DNA of 31,146 bases from a virus (taxonomy: Duplodnaviria; Heunggongvirae; Uroviricota; Caudoviricetes), in IMG/VR virus record IMGVR_UViG_3300006120_000015, positions 64,001 to 95,146 of that record. The stretch is one strand, 5' to 3'. This document shows positions 16,736 to 25,327 of this stretch, piece after piece. Under the pieces are notes generated by a model. That model did no database searches. It was not told the origin of the DNA and saw nothing but the letters and a program-made list of their open reading frames with translations. Positions within the stretch are counted from its first letter, which is position 1. Each line of letters opens with the position of its first letter. Made by a program: the position numbers and the translations under genes.

Positions 16736-17632
16736 ATGGCAACTAATCATTATTTTAACCTGTATAACAATAAAGCCGAACAAAATCTTGTAGAAGATTT
16801 GATGGTCGAAGCTATTCAACAATATGGCTTCGATGGTTATTATTTGTATAATGATAACGACCAAGCACGTGATCTATTGTACGGTGATGATCCGTTGAAA
16901 AGATTTACATCAGCTTATGCAGTTGAATTGTATCTTTCCAATGCAACAGGTTTTGATGGTGAACAAGAATTTTTTTCTAAATTTGGTCTAGAGATTCGTA
17001 ACTCGTTGTCAGTTATGTTGGCTAAGAGAACCTTTTCTCTACGCATACCGCAAAACCTGTTACAGCGTCCTCGTGAAGGTGATTTGATTTATATTCCTTT
17101 TACTGGTTCTTCTGGTAAAGGTGAACTGTACGAAATCAAATTTGTTCAAGGTAACAAAGACATGTTTATGTTGGGTAGAAAGAACCCATACTTCTACGAA
17201 TTGCACCTAGAACTATTCAAATATTCACAAGAATTTGTGGATACAGGTGTGGAAAGTATCGACAACGTGGCACAATCATCTTATAACATCGTATTGCAAT
17301 TGGATCCAAACAGAGCCAATGGCGATTTTGTCAATCGTGAAGTTGTATATCAAAGTGCAGATGCAACATATGCAAATGCCACATCAACTGGCATCGTTAC
17401 AATCTGGGATTACCCTTCTTCTTCATTGACAATCACAAATGTTGTAGGACAATTTACATCAGGTAACGTATATGGCCAGACAAGTGGTGCTTCTTGGAGT
17501 TTGTTATCATTTGATCCAACAAATATCGCAGACAACTATATGCCATACGATAACAAGTATATCGAAGATTCTGCAAACAATGTTGTTGACATTTCAGAAA
17601 TTAATCCATTTGGAAACATAGGTAACATATAA
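16736..17632 (+). CDS. gp14: Neck protein gp14 with internal beta-domain insertion
   Basis: 'EQNLVEDL..EAIQ.YG.D.YY', 'SKFGLEIR', 'RPREGDLIYIP', 'YEIKFV', 'DFSE.NPFG'-like end. Confidence 0.92.
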   Translation: MATNHYFNLYNNKAEQNLVEDLMVEAIQQYGFDGYYLYNDNDQARDLLYGDDPLKRFTSAYAVELYLSNATGFDGEQEFFSKFGLEIRNSLSVMLAKRTFSLRIPQNLLQRPREGDLIYIPFTGSSGKGELYEIKFVQGNKDMFMLGRKNPYFYELHLELFKYSQEFVDTGVESIDNVAQSSYNIVLQLDPNRANGDFVNREVVYQSADATYANATSTGIVTIWDYPSSSLTITNVVGQFTSGNVYGQTSGASWSLLSFDPTNIADNYMPYDNKYIEDSANNVVDISEINPFGNIGNI

Positions 17633-18741
17633 TGTCAATGACTCCAGATTACACCTCAACCAACCAGTTTACAAGTTCAATCAGAGCTATAACTCTTGGC
17701 TTTGGTAATTTGTTTAACAGAATTCAAATCACTCGTTACAACGATGATGGTACAGAGAACATGAGATTCTTGGTGCCTATTCAGTATGCAAACAAAGAAA
17801 AATATCTATCACGTTTGCAGGGTGATCCTAATCTAGACCGTAGTGTACAAAATACATTACCAGCTATGTCATTTGAAATGACTGGATTGGAATATGATGC
17901 GTCAAGAAAACAATTAACAAATCAAAGAAATTTTACTAACACCGGTTCAGGTGTTAAATCATATTACAATCCAGTTCCCTACAATTTTGATTTTCAACTT
18001 TACATTTACACAAGAAATGAAGAAGACGGTGTTCAGGTTATTGAACGTATTCTTCCGTTCTTTACACCAGACTACACAATCAAAGTGAATGTTCTTCCTG
18101 ATGTAGGAATTGTAAGAGAAATTCCTATCGTATTGACAGGAACAAACTACGAAACTGGTTATGAAGGTGACTTCAAATCAGAAACAAGAACAATCATTTG
18201 GACTTTAAATTTTACCGTCAAAGGTTATTTGTTTGTGGCTCCTTCTGGTCCAGCAAACTTGATTACAACATCAATCACAAATATTATTCAAAACACATCA
18301 CAGAACGATACAGTAGTGTTTAACATGACAACTCCTGGTACTGGAGTGTATCAAATTGGTGAATTGGTATATCAAGGATATTCTGTTGGTACGGCCGTTG
18401 CAACAGGCATAGTTCAAAGCTTTGCAAACGGCAGTTTGTATTTAACAAACTTAACAGGAAATTTTGTCACTGGCAGTCCAATTGTTGGAAATAACAGTGC
18501 GGCTAGTTATGAGTTTTCTTCATATAGTATATTGGGTCCAGTACCTACCACACTATCTACTGTTGGAGTTATTCCTAATCCAAATACTGCTGCTGCAAAT
18601 AGTCTATATACATTTACCACTTTTATACAAGAAGGTAATGGTGCACCTGTGGTTGTCACAGGCAATTCAAACAACCAAATTGTATTTGCACCGGCTGGAC
18701 CTCCACCGTTTATATTTAACGAATACGATTTAATGCAATGA
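17632..18741 (+). CDS. gp15: Tail terminator / sheath stabilizer gp15 with C-terminal extension
   Basis: 'FG.LFN.I.I.R', 'VPIQYANKEKYL.RL', 'LPAMSFEMTGLEYD..RK', 'PVPYN..F.L.IYT...EDG.Q.IE.ILP.F.P', 'TLNFTVKGYLF'. About 150 extra C-terminal residues. Confidence 0.92.
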   Translation: MSMTPDYTSTNQFTSSIRAITLGFGNLFNRIQITRYNDDGTENMRFLVPIQYANKEKYLSRLQGDPNLDRSVQNTLPAMSFEMTGLEYDASRKQLTNQRNFTNTGSGVKSYYNPVPYNFDFQLYIYTRNEEDGVQVIERILPFFTPDYTIKVNVLPDVGIVREIPIVLTGTNYETGYEGDFKSETRTIIWTLNFTVKGYLFVAPSGPANLITTSITNIIQNTSQNDTVVFNMTTPGTGVYQIGELVYQGYSVGTAVATGIVQSFANGSLYLTNLTGNFVTGSPIVGNNSAASYEFSSYSILGPVPTTLSTVGVIPNPNTAAANSLYTFTTFIQEGNGAPVVVTGNSNNQIVFAPAGPPPFIFNEYDLMQ

Positions 18742-20066
18742 CAAAACAATTACAGTTTAGAAGATATGCAAACACGGCTCTAGCAAACCTAACAGGTTTG
18801 GAAGGTGAGCTGATGGTTGATTTAACAAACAAAACGTTAACTGTACATGATGGTATAACATCAGGTGGTTCACGTTTGGCTACAGAATCGTTTGTTCAAG
18901 GATTAACTTCGACAAGTTCATATGGTAATTCGAATGTAGCTGGATATCTTCCTGTGTATGGTGGCGTTATAAATGTAAGTACCATTCTTGTTGGTGGTAA
19001 TACAACTGATACACCTAGAGTAACTTTTGCAAAAAATCAAGCAATAACAGGGGACGTTTACGATCCCAATCTTTCAAATGTTAGTCTTATCACAGTCAGC
19101 GCAAATTCTTTGAATGACATTAATGGTTTCGAAGCACAAGAAGGTCCTTACGCTCAAGTACAAATTTATACCGATGGTAATATTTACTTTTATACAGCTA
19201 CAAGTGGTAGTGCGCCATACTGGACAATGAACAAATATGGTGAATTTGTTTTACCAAATTCTTCAAAAATAACAGACGTACCTGACGGCGCATACGCTAA
19301 TGGTCTAATCATTACTGTTAATAGTAACCAAACAAAATTTGATACCGGTGGTAGAACACATTTTCCAAATGATTTAGTTATCAATTATGGTGGTATCACA
19401 TTCCCTGATACAACATATCAATATTCCGCATTTACCGGTTATGCGACAGATAATACCGCAAGAACATTATCACAGTCTGCATATAATCAAGCCAATGCCG
19501 CTTTCACACAAGCAAACAACTCTGGATCAGGAATAGCCAATGCGGCCTTTATACAAGCCAATGCGGCTTTTGCACAAGCAAACATATCAGTTGGTGTAGA
19601 TTCAACACAAAATACCAATATTCAACTTGCATGGAATACCGCTAATGCGGCTTTTGCACAAGCAAATACGGATGCATTGTTGAGTTATGCAAACATAATA
19701 TTTACTCAAGCAAATGCGGCTTTTGTGGAAGCAAACATTGCAGCCACAATTATACCACAAAACGCACAATCAGCAAACTATGTATTAGCAAATACGGATG
19801 CAGGTAAACACCTATATTATACCAATGGTTCTGTGGTAAACTTATATCTTCCTTGGACTTCTAATACCACTTTTGCAAATGGTACAACAATTACAATCAT
19901 TTCACACACCTCATCAAACGTCTCAATAACACCAAATACTGGTGTGTCGATGTATCTTGCAGGCAATACAACAAGTGCATCACGAAATGTTACAACATAT
20001 GGTATGGCAACATTGATTATGACAGCTGCAAATACCTGGTACATCAACGGAACTGGAGTTGTCTAA
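18738..20066 (+). CDS. Mtd_N-capped fibre with ANAAF stalk and C-terminal tip/adaptor domain, inserted between gp15 and gp16
   Basis: 'KQLQFRRY......LTGLEGELMVDLTNKTLTVHDGITSGGSRLA'. ANAAF.QAN repeats at about 19480-19745. C-terminal 'YVLANTDAGKHL....LYLP....F.NGTTITII....VSI.P..GV.M.LAG...R....GMATLI....TWYING.GV'. Confidence 0.85.
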   Translation: MTKQLQFRRYANTALANLTGLEGELMVDLTNKTLTVHDGITSGGSRLATESFVQGLTSTSSYGNSNVAGYLPVYGGVINVSTILVGGNTTDTPRVTFAKNQAITGDVYDPNLSNVSLITVSANSLNDINGFEAQEGPYAQVQIYTDGNIYFYTATSGSAPYWTMNKYGEFVLPNSSKITDVPDGAYANGLIITVNSNQTKFDTGGRTHFPNDLVINYGGITFPDTTYQYSAFTGYATDNTARTLSQSAYNQANAAFTQANNSGSGIANAAFIQANAAFAQANISVGVDSTQNTNIQLAWNTANAAFAQANTDALLSYANIIFTQANAAFVEANIAATIIPQNAQSANYVLANTDAGKHLYYTNGSVVNLYLPWTSNTTFANGTTITIISHTSSNVSITPNTGVSMYLAGNTTSASRNVTTYGMATLIMTAANTWYINGTGVV

Positions 20067-20812
20067 TGTTGTCTGCAATGATGGTGATGAATAATAATTT
20101 GATTTCTTTAAGTACAAGTACATTAGTTACAGGAAACGTAGTATATTTACTTGATATGGCAAATTATGTATCAGGCAATACTTGGCCAGATACAAGCGGT
20201 AACGCAAGAAACTTTACATTCTATACAGGTAATGGCACAACTGTTCCATGGACTACGACTGCTAACGTAGTCAATTTAGGAACTAGCACAGCATATTTTC
20301 ATGCAAACAATCAAAATTGGGCTAAAGCACCTAGTGCATTTATGAACGCTAGTGTGAGTTATACTAAAGGTGCCGTGATTCGAGGTAAGGGTACAACAGG
20401 TGCACCAATGGGTGCAGGATACTTACAGTGTTCCGCTGAGGCAAGAGATACTACTTGGTTTAACAACGGCCAAAATATTTTCTGTGCAGGTAATCACACA
20501 TCTTCGGCCTACACCGATGTGTCACAAACCACCGGAACAGAAAGTGCTAATACTTGGTATTATGTTAGTGTGACATTTAATCCATCAAGTGGTTGGACAT
20601 TATATGTAAACGGAAGTCCTGTTGGTAATAGTGCAACAACTGCGGTGGGACCATCAGCAACTACTCCGGTTATCGGTGCAACACAAACTATTCCAGGTTT
20701 CAACGGTGATATTGCAGCTGCACATGCATACAGTAGAGCTTTGTCTGCGGCTGAACATGCACAAAACGCCACATATTGGTTAACTAGATATAACGGATCA
20801 ACGCCTACATAA
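20066..20812 (+). CDS. LamG / concanavalin A-like lectin domain protein (putative receptor-binding partner)
   Basis: 'TWYYVSVTFNPSSGWTLYVNGSPVG...VIGA...FNGDIAAAHAYSRALSAAEHAQN' follows the LamG pattern. TAATG coupling. Confidence 0.8.
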   Translation: MLSAMMVMNNNLISLSTSTLVTGNVVYLLDMANYVSGNTWPDTSGNARNFTFYTGNGTTVPWTTTANVVNLGTSTAYFHANNQNWAKAPSAFMNASVSYTKGAVIRGKGTTGAPMGAGYLQCSAEARDTTWFNNGQNIFCAGNHTSSAYTDVSQTTGTESANTWYYVSVTFNPSSGWTLYVNGSPVGNSATTAVGPSATTPVIGATQTIPGFNGDIAAAHAYSRALSAAEHAQNATYWLTRYNGSTPT

Positions 20813-20816
20813 TACT

Positions 20817-21239
20817 ATGAATACATTCGACAAAAATATGGAACAACTTTTTGATGTATCTGCAACACCAGTAGTTCAAAAAGCAGAAAGACTACCTGTA
20901 ATACCGGTAGATGACGAGCCTGACCTAAAACAGGACTTGACAGATGCATATGAACAAACTAAATCTAACTTACAAGATTTGATTGACCAAGGTAAAGATG
21001 CTATGGAAGAAATCTTACAGATTGCCAAAGCAGGTCAACACCCAAGAGCATTTGAAGTATACGGAACACTATTGAAAAACGTGGTTGATGCAAACAAAGA
21101 ATTACTAGCCGTGCAAAAACAAATGCGTGAAATGGATGGCAAGAAAAAAGAAGTCAACAATACGAATATTGATAAAGCGGTATTCATTGGCTCAACCGAT
21201 GAACTTGCAAAGATGTTGAAGAATGAGTCTAAAAACTAA
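20817..21239 (+). CDS. gp16: Terminase small subunit gp16
   Basis: 'GQHPRAFEVYGTLLKNVVDANKELL', 'NIDKAVFIGST.EL', and position before gp17. Confidence 0.9.
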   Translation: MNTFDKNMEQLFDVSATPVVQKAERLPVIPVDDEPDLKQDLTDAYEQTKSNLQDLIDQGKDAMEEILQIAKAGQHPRAFEVYGTLLKNVVDANKELLAVQKQMREMDGKKKEVNNTNIDKAVFIGSTDELAKMLKNESKN

Positions 21240-22893
21240 TTATCGTGATAACCCTAAGCTCAAAAGAGCCGGGGTACCTATACAGTATTCTAAAGAACAA
21301 GTTGATGAGTACATAAGATGTGCTCGTGATCCTGTATACTTTGCTAGATATATCACCATTATCTCTTTGGATCAGGGTTACGTACCTTTTGAGATGTATG
21401 ATTTTCAAGAGGACATGATTAATACATTTAAAGATAACCGTTTTGTTATCGTTAAGTGTCCTCGTCAGGTTGGTAAAACCACCACAGCTGTTGCATATCT
21501 CCTTTGGACTATTCTATTCAAAGATGCACAGAAGGTTGCTATTCTGGCTAACAAAGGTAAAACTTCACAAGATATTCTTGGTAAACTTCAGTTGGCATAC
21601 GAAAACTTGCCTATCTGGTTGCAACAAGGTGTCATTGAATGGAACAAACGTTCTGTTGAATTAGAAAACGGTTCAATCATTATTGCAGACTCAACATCAA
21701 GTTCTGCGGCTCGTTCTGGTGCATACAACATTGTGTTCTTGGACGAATTTGCTTTCGTTCCTTCTAACATCGCATACGACTTTATCACTTCAGTTTATCC
21801 GGTTATTACATCTGGTACACAAACCAAGATTTTGATTGTGTCTACACCGAACGGTATGAACCTGTTCTATAAGATGTGGATGGATGCGGTTGAGAAACGT
21901 AGTAACTATGTGCCGTTTGAGATTCACTGGTCACAAGTTCCTGGTCGTGATGAGGCTTGGAAAGAAGAAACAATCCGAAATACATCTGAACGTCAGTTTG
22001 AACAAGAGTTTAACACCACGTTCTTAGGTTCTACAAACACCTTGATTTCTGGTATGAAACTGCAACAGATTTCATATAAGAATCCTATTGCAGAACATGA
22101 TCTACTCAGAATCTACGAACAACCAATCAAAGAAGACGGTGAAACACAAGTCAAAGACCACCTGTATGCAATCACAGTTGACGTTTCTGAAGGAAAAGGA
22201 CTGGACTGTTCAGCCTTCTCTGTCTTTGATATTTCTACTCTACCATACAAACAGGTTGCATCCTATAAGTCATCATCTGTTTCTCCAATTCTATTCCCAA
22301 CCATAATTTACAATGCGGCTAAATACTACAACGATGCATATGTATTGGTTGAAATCAATAACACACCACAGATTGCAGATACTCTACACGCAGAACTAGA
22401 GTACGAAAATCTATGGAAAGTTTTCACAGGTAATAAAAAGCCGCAGCAACTATCTGCTGGCTTTGCAAGAGGTATTCAGTTAGGCGTCAAAATGTCACCG
22501 CAGGTGAAACGCATTGGATGTTCTAACTTGAAAACATTGGTTGAAGGTGACAAACTCATCATTAATGACTTTGATACTTATTCAGAGTTGACAACATTTG
22601 TAGCCAAAAAGAACTCTTTTGCTGCTGAAGAAGAAGCAACTGATGACTTGGCTATGTGTTTGGTTATGTTTGCTTGGGTAACTACCCAAAAATATTTTAA
22701 AGAAATCGTAAACCATGATCTGAGAAAACAGGTCCAATTGGAAAGTATCAACCAAGTTGATGAAATTACTCCCCCAGCACCGGTTGTGGACAACGGAATG
22801 GATCATCCTTTCGAAGTTATGGGTGGTGATGTATGGGAAAAAGCTGATTCCAACGCACCTTATGCAGAGTGGTTCAAAGAAATGATGAGATAA
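21223..22893 (+). CDS. gp17: Terminase large subunit gp17
   Basis: Walker A 'PRQVGKTT', Walker B 'IVFLDEFAF', 'STPNGMN.FYK.W', nuclease 'VDVSEGKG.D.SAF' and 'DDL.M'. No intein or intron. Confidence 0.97.
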   Translation: MSLKTNYRDNPKLKRAGVPIQYSKEQVDEYIRCARDPVYFARYITIISLDQGYVPFEMYDFQEDMINTFKDNRFVIVKCPRQVGKTTTAVAYLLWTILFKDAQKVAILANKGKTSQDILGKLQLAYENLPIWLQQGVIEWNKRSVELENGSIIIADSTSSSAARSGAYNIVFLDEFAFVPSNIAYDFITSVYPVITSGTQTKILIVSTPNGMNLFYKMWMDAVEKRSNYVPFEIHWSQVPGRDEAWKEETIRNTSERQFEQEFNTTFLGSTNTLISGMKLQQISYKNPIAEHDLLRIYEQPIKEDGETQVKDHLYAITVDVSEGKGLDCSAFSVFDISTLPYKQVASYKSSSVSPILFPTIIYNAAKYYNDAYVLVEINNTPQIADTLHAELEYENLWKVFTGNKKPQQLSAGFARGIQLGVKMSPQVKRIGCSNLKTLVEGDKLIINDFDTYSELTTFVAKKNSFAAEEEATDDLAMCLVMFAWVTTQKYFKEIVNHDLRKQVQLESINQVDEITPPAPVVDNGMDHPFEVMGGDVWEKADSNAPYAEWFKEMMR

Positions 22894-22910
22894 TTCTAAA
22901 TCCATCGTTT

Positions 22911-22918
22911 GATAAATA
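22911..22918 (+). promoter_or_regulatory. Late promoter GATAAATA upstream of gp18
   Basis: 7/8 consensus in the intergenic gap. Confidence 0.6.
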
Positions 22919-22966
22919 GTTTTATGGTATTTGCTACCTAAAAACATAATAATCAAGGAGAAAAAA

Positions 22967-24706
22967 ATGGCATTTCAACTCTCTCCAGGAGTAAATGTAA
23001 CTGAAGTTGACTTAACAACGATTGTTCCTTCAGTTTCAACTACTGCTGGTGCCTTTGCGACATACACACCTTGGGGCCCAGCGCAAAAAATCATCACCGT
23101 AACAGACGAAAACTACTTAGTAAACAACTTTGCACCACAAGGTCCTGACGCAAACTCTGCAACAGGCTTCTTTACTGCAACAAGTTTCTTGTCTTATGGT
23201 AATAATTTGCAATTTGTACGTTCTGTTGGTGCAAACGCACACAACGCATCTGCAAACTCCCAAGCTGTAGTAACAAACAGTAACAAAGATACTTTCCAAG
23301 CAAACAACTATATTGCAAACGGCAACTCCAACTTGTTTGGTGCTTTCATTGCAAAATATCCAGGTGCTTTGGGTAACTCATTGCAAGTTGATACATTCGA
23401 CTCAGCTAACTCACAATTGTTCTCAATTTCAACATTCACTTCCGGTGGCGTAACTCGCAACTGGAGTTCTATCGTTAACTCTGTTCCAGGCACTTCTACA
23501 TACGTAGCAAACGCTGGCGGTGCAAACGATGAGTTCCACATTGTAGTTACAGACGCTGGTGGTTTGTTCACTGGTACAAAAGGTACTGTGTTGGAAACTT
23601 TTTCATGGGTGTCTAAAGCTGTCGATGCAGAAATTAACAACAACACAAACTATTGGAAACAAGTATTGTTTAACCAATCACAATACGTTTTTGGTGTTGA
23701 TGCAGTAGACTATGCAGATTGCGCTTCAACATGGGGCAAAATTGCTGCTAACACAACATTTGCAAGAACTGCAACAGCTAACACTTCTACACCACTTTCT
23801 GGTGGTACTGACGATGTTGGTTCAGATTCTAACCTACAAACATCATATTCTCTATTCGCAAATAAAGAATCAATTGATATTTCGTTGGTTTTGACTGGTG
23901 CAGCTGACACACAATTACAACAATACATTATTGACAACCTAGTTTCAACTCGTCTAGATTGCGTGGCGTTCATTTCTCCACCACAATCTTCTGTTGTTAA
24001 CCAATCTGGTTCAGAAGCAGCTAACATCACAACATGGTTGGGTAGTTTGGCACGTTCTTCTACATACGTTGTTGCCGACTCTGGTTGGAAATATATGTAC
24101 GACAAGTACAATCAAACATACCGTTGGATTCCATTGAACGGTGACGTTGCAGGTCTATGTGTATACACAGACTCAGTACGTGACCCATGGTACTCTCCAG
24201 CAGGTTTCAACCGTGGTGCAGTTAAGAACGTTGTTCGTTTGGCATGGAACCCATCCAAAACATATCGTGACCAATTGTATGCACAAGGCGTTAACCCAGT
24301 TGTTTCTTTCCCTGGCCAGGGTACCATACTATTCGGTGACAAAACCTTGACAGTTAAACCATCTGCATTTGACCACATCAACGTTCGCAGATTGTTTATT
24401 GTTCTAGAAAAAACAATTGCTAAAGCTTCACAATATTCATTGTTTGAATTTAACGATTCATTTACACAAGCACAGTTTGTTTCTCTTGTAACTCCGTTCT
24501 TGCGTGACGTTCAAGGTCGCCGTGGTATCACAAGCTTCAAAGTTGTTTGCGATTCAACAAACAATACTCCTGCGGTTGTAAATGCAAACCAATTTGTTGG
24601 TGACATTTACATTCAGCCAGCACGTTCAACAAATTACATTCAATTGAACTTTGTCGCAGTTGGAACTGGAGTTGACTTCAATACAATCGTTGGAACAACT
24701 CAATAA
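22967..24706 (+). CDS. gp18: Tail sheath protein gp18 (579 aa)
   Basis: AAGGAG SD, then 'MAFQLSPGVNVTEVDLT'. Also 'PW.SPAGFNRG', 'RDQLY..GVNPVV.FPGQGTILFGDKT', 'AFD.INVRRLFI'. Start at 22967 is preferred over TTG 22931. Confidence 0.97.
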   Translation: MAFQLSPGVNVTEVDLTTIVPSVSTTAGAFATYTPWGPAQKIITVTDENYLVNNFAPQGPDANSATGFFTATSFLSYGNNLQFVRSVGANAHNASANSQAVVTNSNKDTFQANNYIANGNSNLFGAFIAKYPGALGNSLQVDTFDSANSQLFSISTFTSGGVTRNWSSIVNSVPGTSTYVANAGGANDEFHIVVTDAGGLFTGTKGTVLETFSWVSKAVDAEINNNTNYWKQVLFNQSQYVFGVDAVDYADCASTWGKIAANTTFARTATANTSTPLSGGTDDVGSDSNLQTSYSLFANKESIDISLVLTGAADTQLQQYIIDNLVSTRLDCVAFISPPQSSVVNQSGSEAANITTWLGSLARSSTYVVADSGWKYMYDKYNQTYRWIPLNGDVAGLCVYTDSVRDPWYSPAGFNRGAVKNVVRLAWNPSKTYRDQLYAQGVNPVVSFPGQGTILFGDKTLTVKPSAFDHINVRRLFIVLEKTIAKASQYSLFEFNDSFTQAQFVSLVTPFLRDVQGRRGITSFKVVCDSTNNTPAVVNANQFVGDIYIQPARSTNYIQLNFVAVGTGVDFNTIVGTTQ

Positions 24707-24709
24707 ATA
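24702..24709 (+). promoter_or_regulatory. Late promoter AATAAATA overlapping the gp18 stop
   Basis: 7/8 consensus, with AAGGAG SD before gp19. Confidence 0.6.
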
Positions 24710-24728
24710 ATACGACAAGGAGAAAAAA

Positions 24729-25271
24729 ATGGCTTTTACAATCTCTGATTTCAGATCAAACTTGGTAGGGGACGGCGCACGTCCTAACCTGTTTTCTGTA
24801 ACATTAGTATTTCCAACAATTGCAACAAATGGTAACGCAGCCGGTCAGAAAACTACTTTCATGGCTAAAGCTGCACAACTACCAGGTTCTACTATCGGCC
24901 AAGTACCATTGTACTACTTTGGCCGCGAAATCAAATTTGCAGGTAACAGAACTTTCACAGACTGGACATTGCAAATCATTAACGATGAAGATTTCATTGT
25001 TCGTAATGCCCTAGAGTCTTGGATGAACTCTATAAATAGTAATGAAGGTAACGTTCGCTCAGGCGCTGCGTTGAATCCTTCTAACTATGCAGTAGATGCT
25101 ATCGTTACACAATACGGCAAAACTGGTAATGTATTGAAATCTTACACATTTGTTGGCTTGTTCCCAGTAGATGTTGCACCAATTGATTTGGATTGGGGTT
25201 CTAACGATGCTATCGAAGAATATTCCACAACATTTGCTTTCCAATACTGGACTTCAAATACTACAACTTGA
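24729..25271 (+). CDS. gp19: Tail tube protein gp19
   Basis: 'GDGARPNLF', 'KAAQLPGSTIG...YFGREIKFAG.RTF.DWT..IINDEDF..R..LE.W', 'IEEYSTTF.FQYW'. Confidence 0.95.
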   Translation: MAFTISDFRSNLVGDGARPNLFSVTLVFPTIATNGNAAGQKTTFMAKAAQLPGSTIGQVPLYYFGREIKFAGNRTFTDWTLQIINDEDFIVRNALESWMNSINSNEGNVRSGAALNPSNYAVDAIVTQYGKTGNVLKSYTFVGLFPVDVAPIDLDWGSNDAIEEYSTTFAFQYWTSNTTT

Positions 25272-25280
25272 TATTTTTAT

Positions 25281-25308
25281 GGGGGACTTGTTCCCCCTAT
25301 GCGTTTTT
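25281..25308 (+). terminator. Possible weak terminator/hairpin GGGGGA-cttgt-TCCCCC followed by tatgcgttttt
   Basis: 6-bp GC stem after the gp19 stop. The U-tract is interrupted. Confidence 0.45.
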
Positions 25309-25327
25309 GAATTGAAATAGGACTAAT

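Noticed and set aside
9659-20812. Diversity-generating retroelement suggested by two Mtd_N domains
   Set aside because: There is no reverse transcriptase or avd, and no TR/VR pair with adenine-specific mismatches in the window. The repeat mismatches I found are C/T and C/G at synonymous sites. Mtd_N alone does not imply a DGR, though one elsewhere in the genome cannot be excluded.
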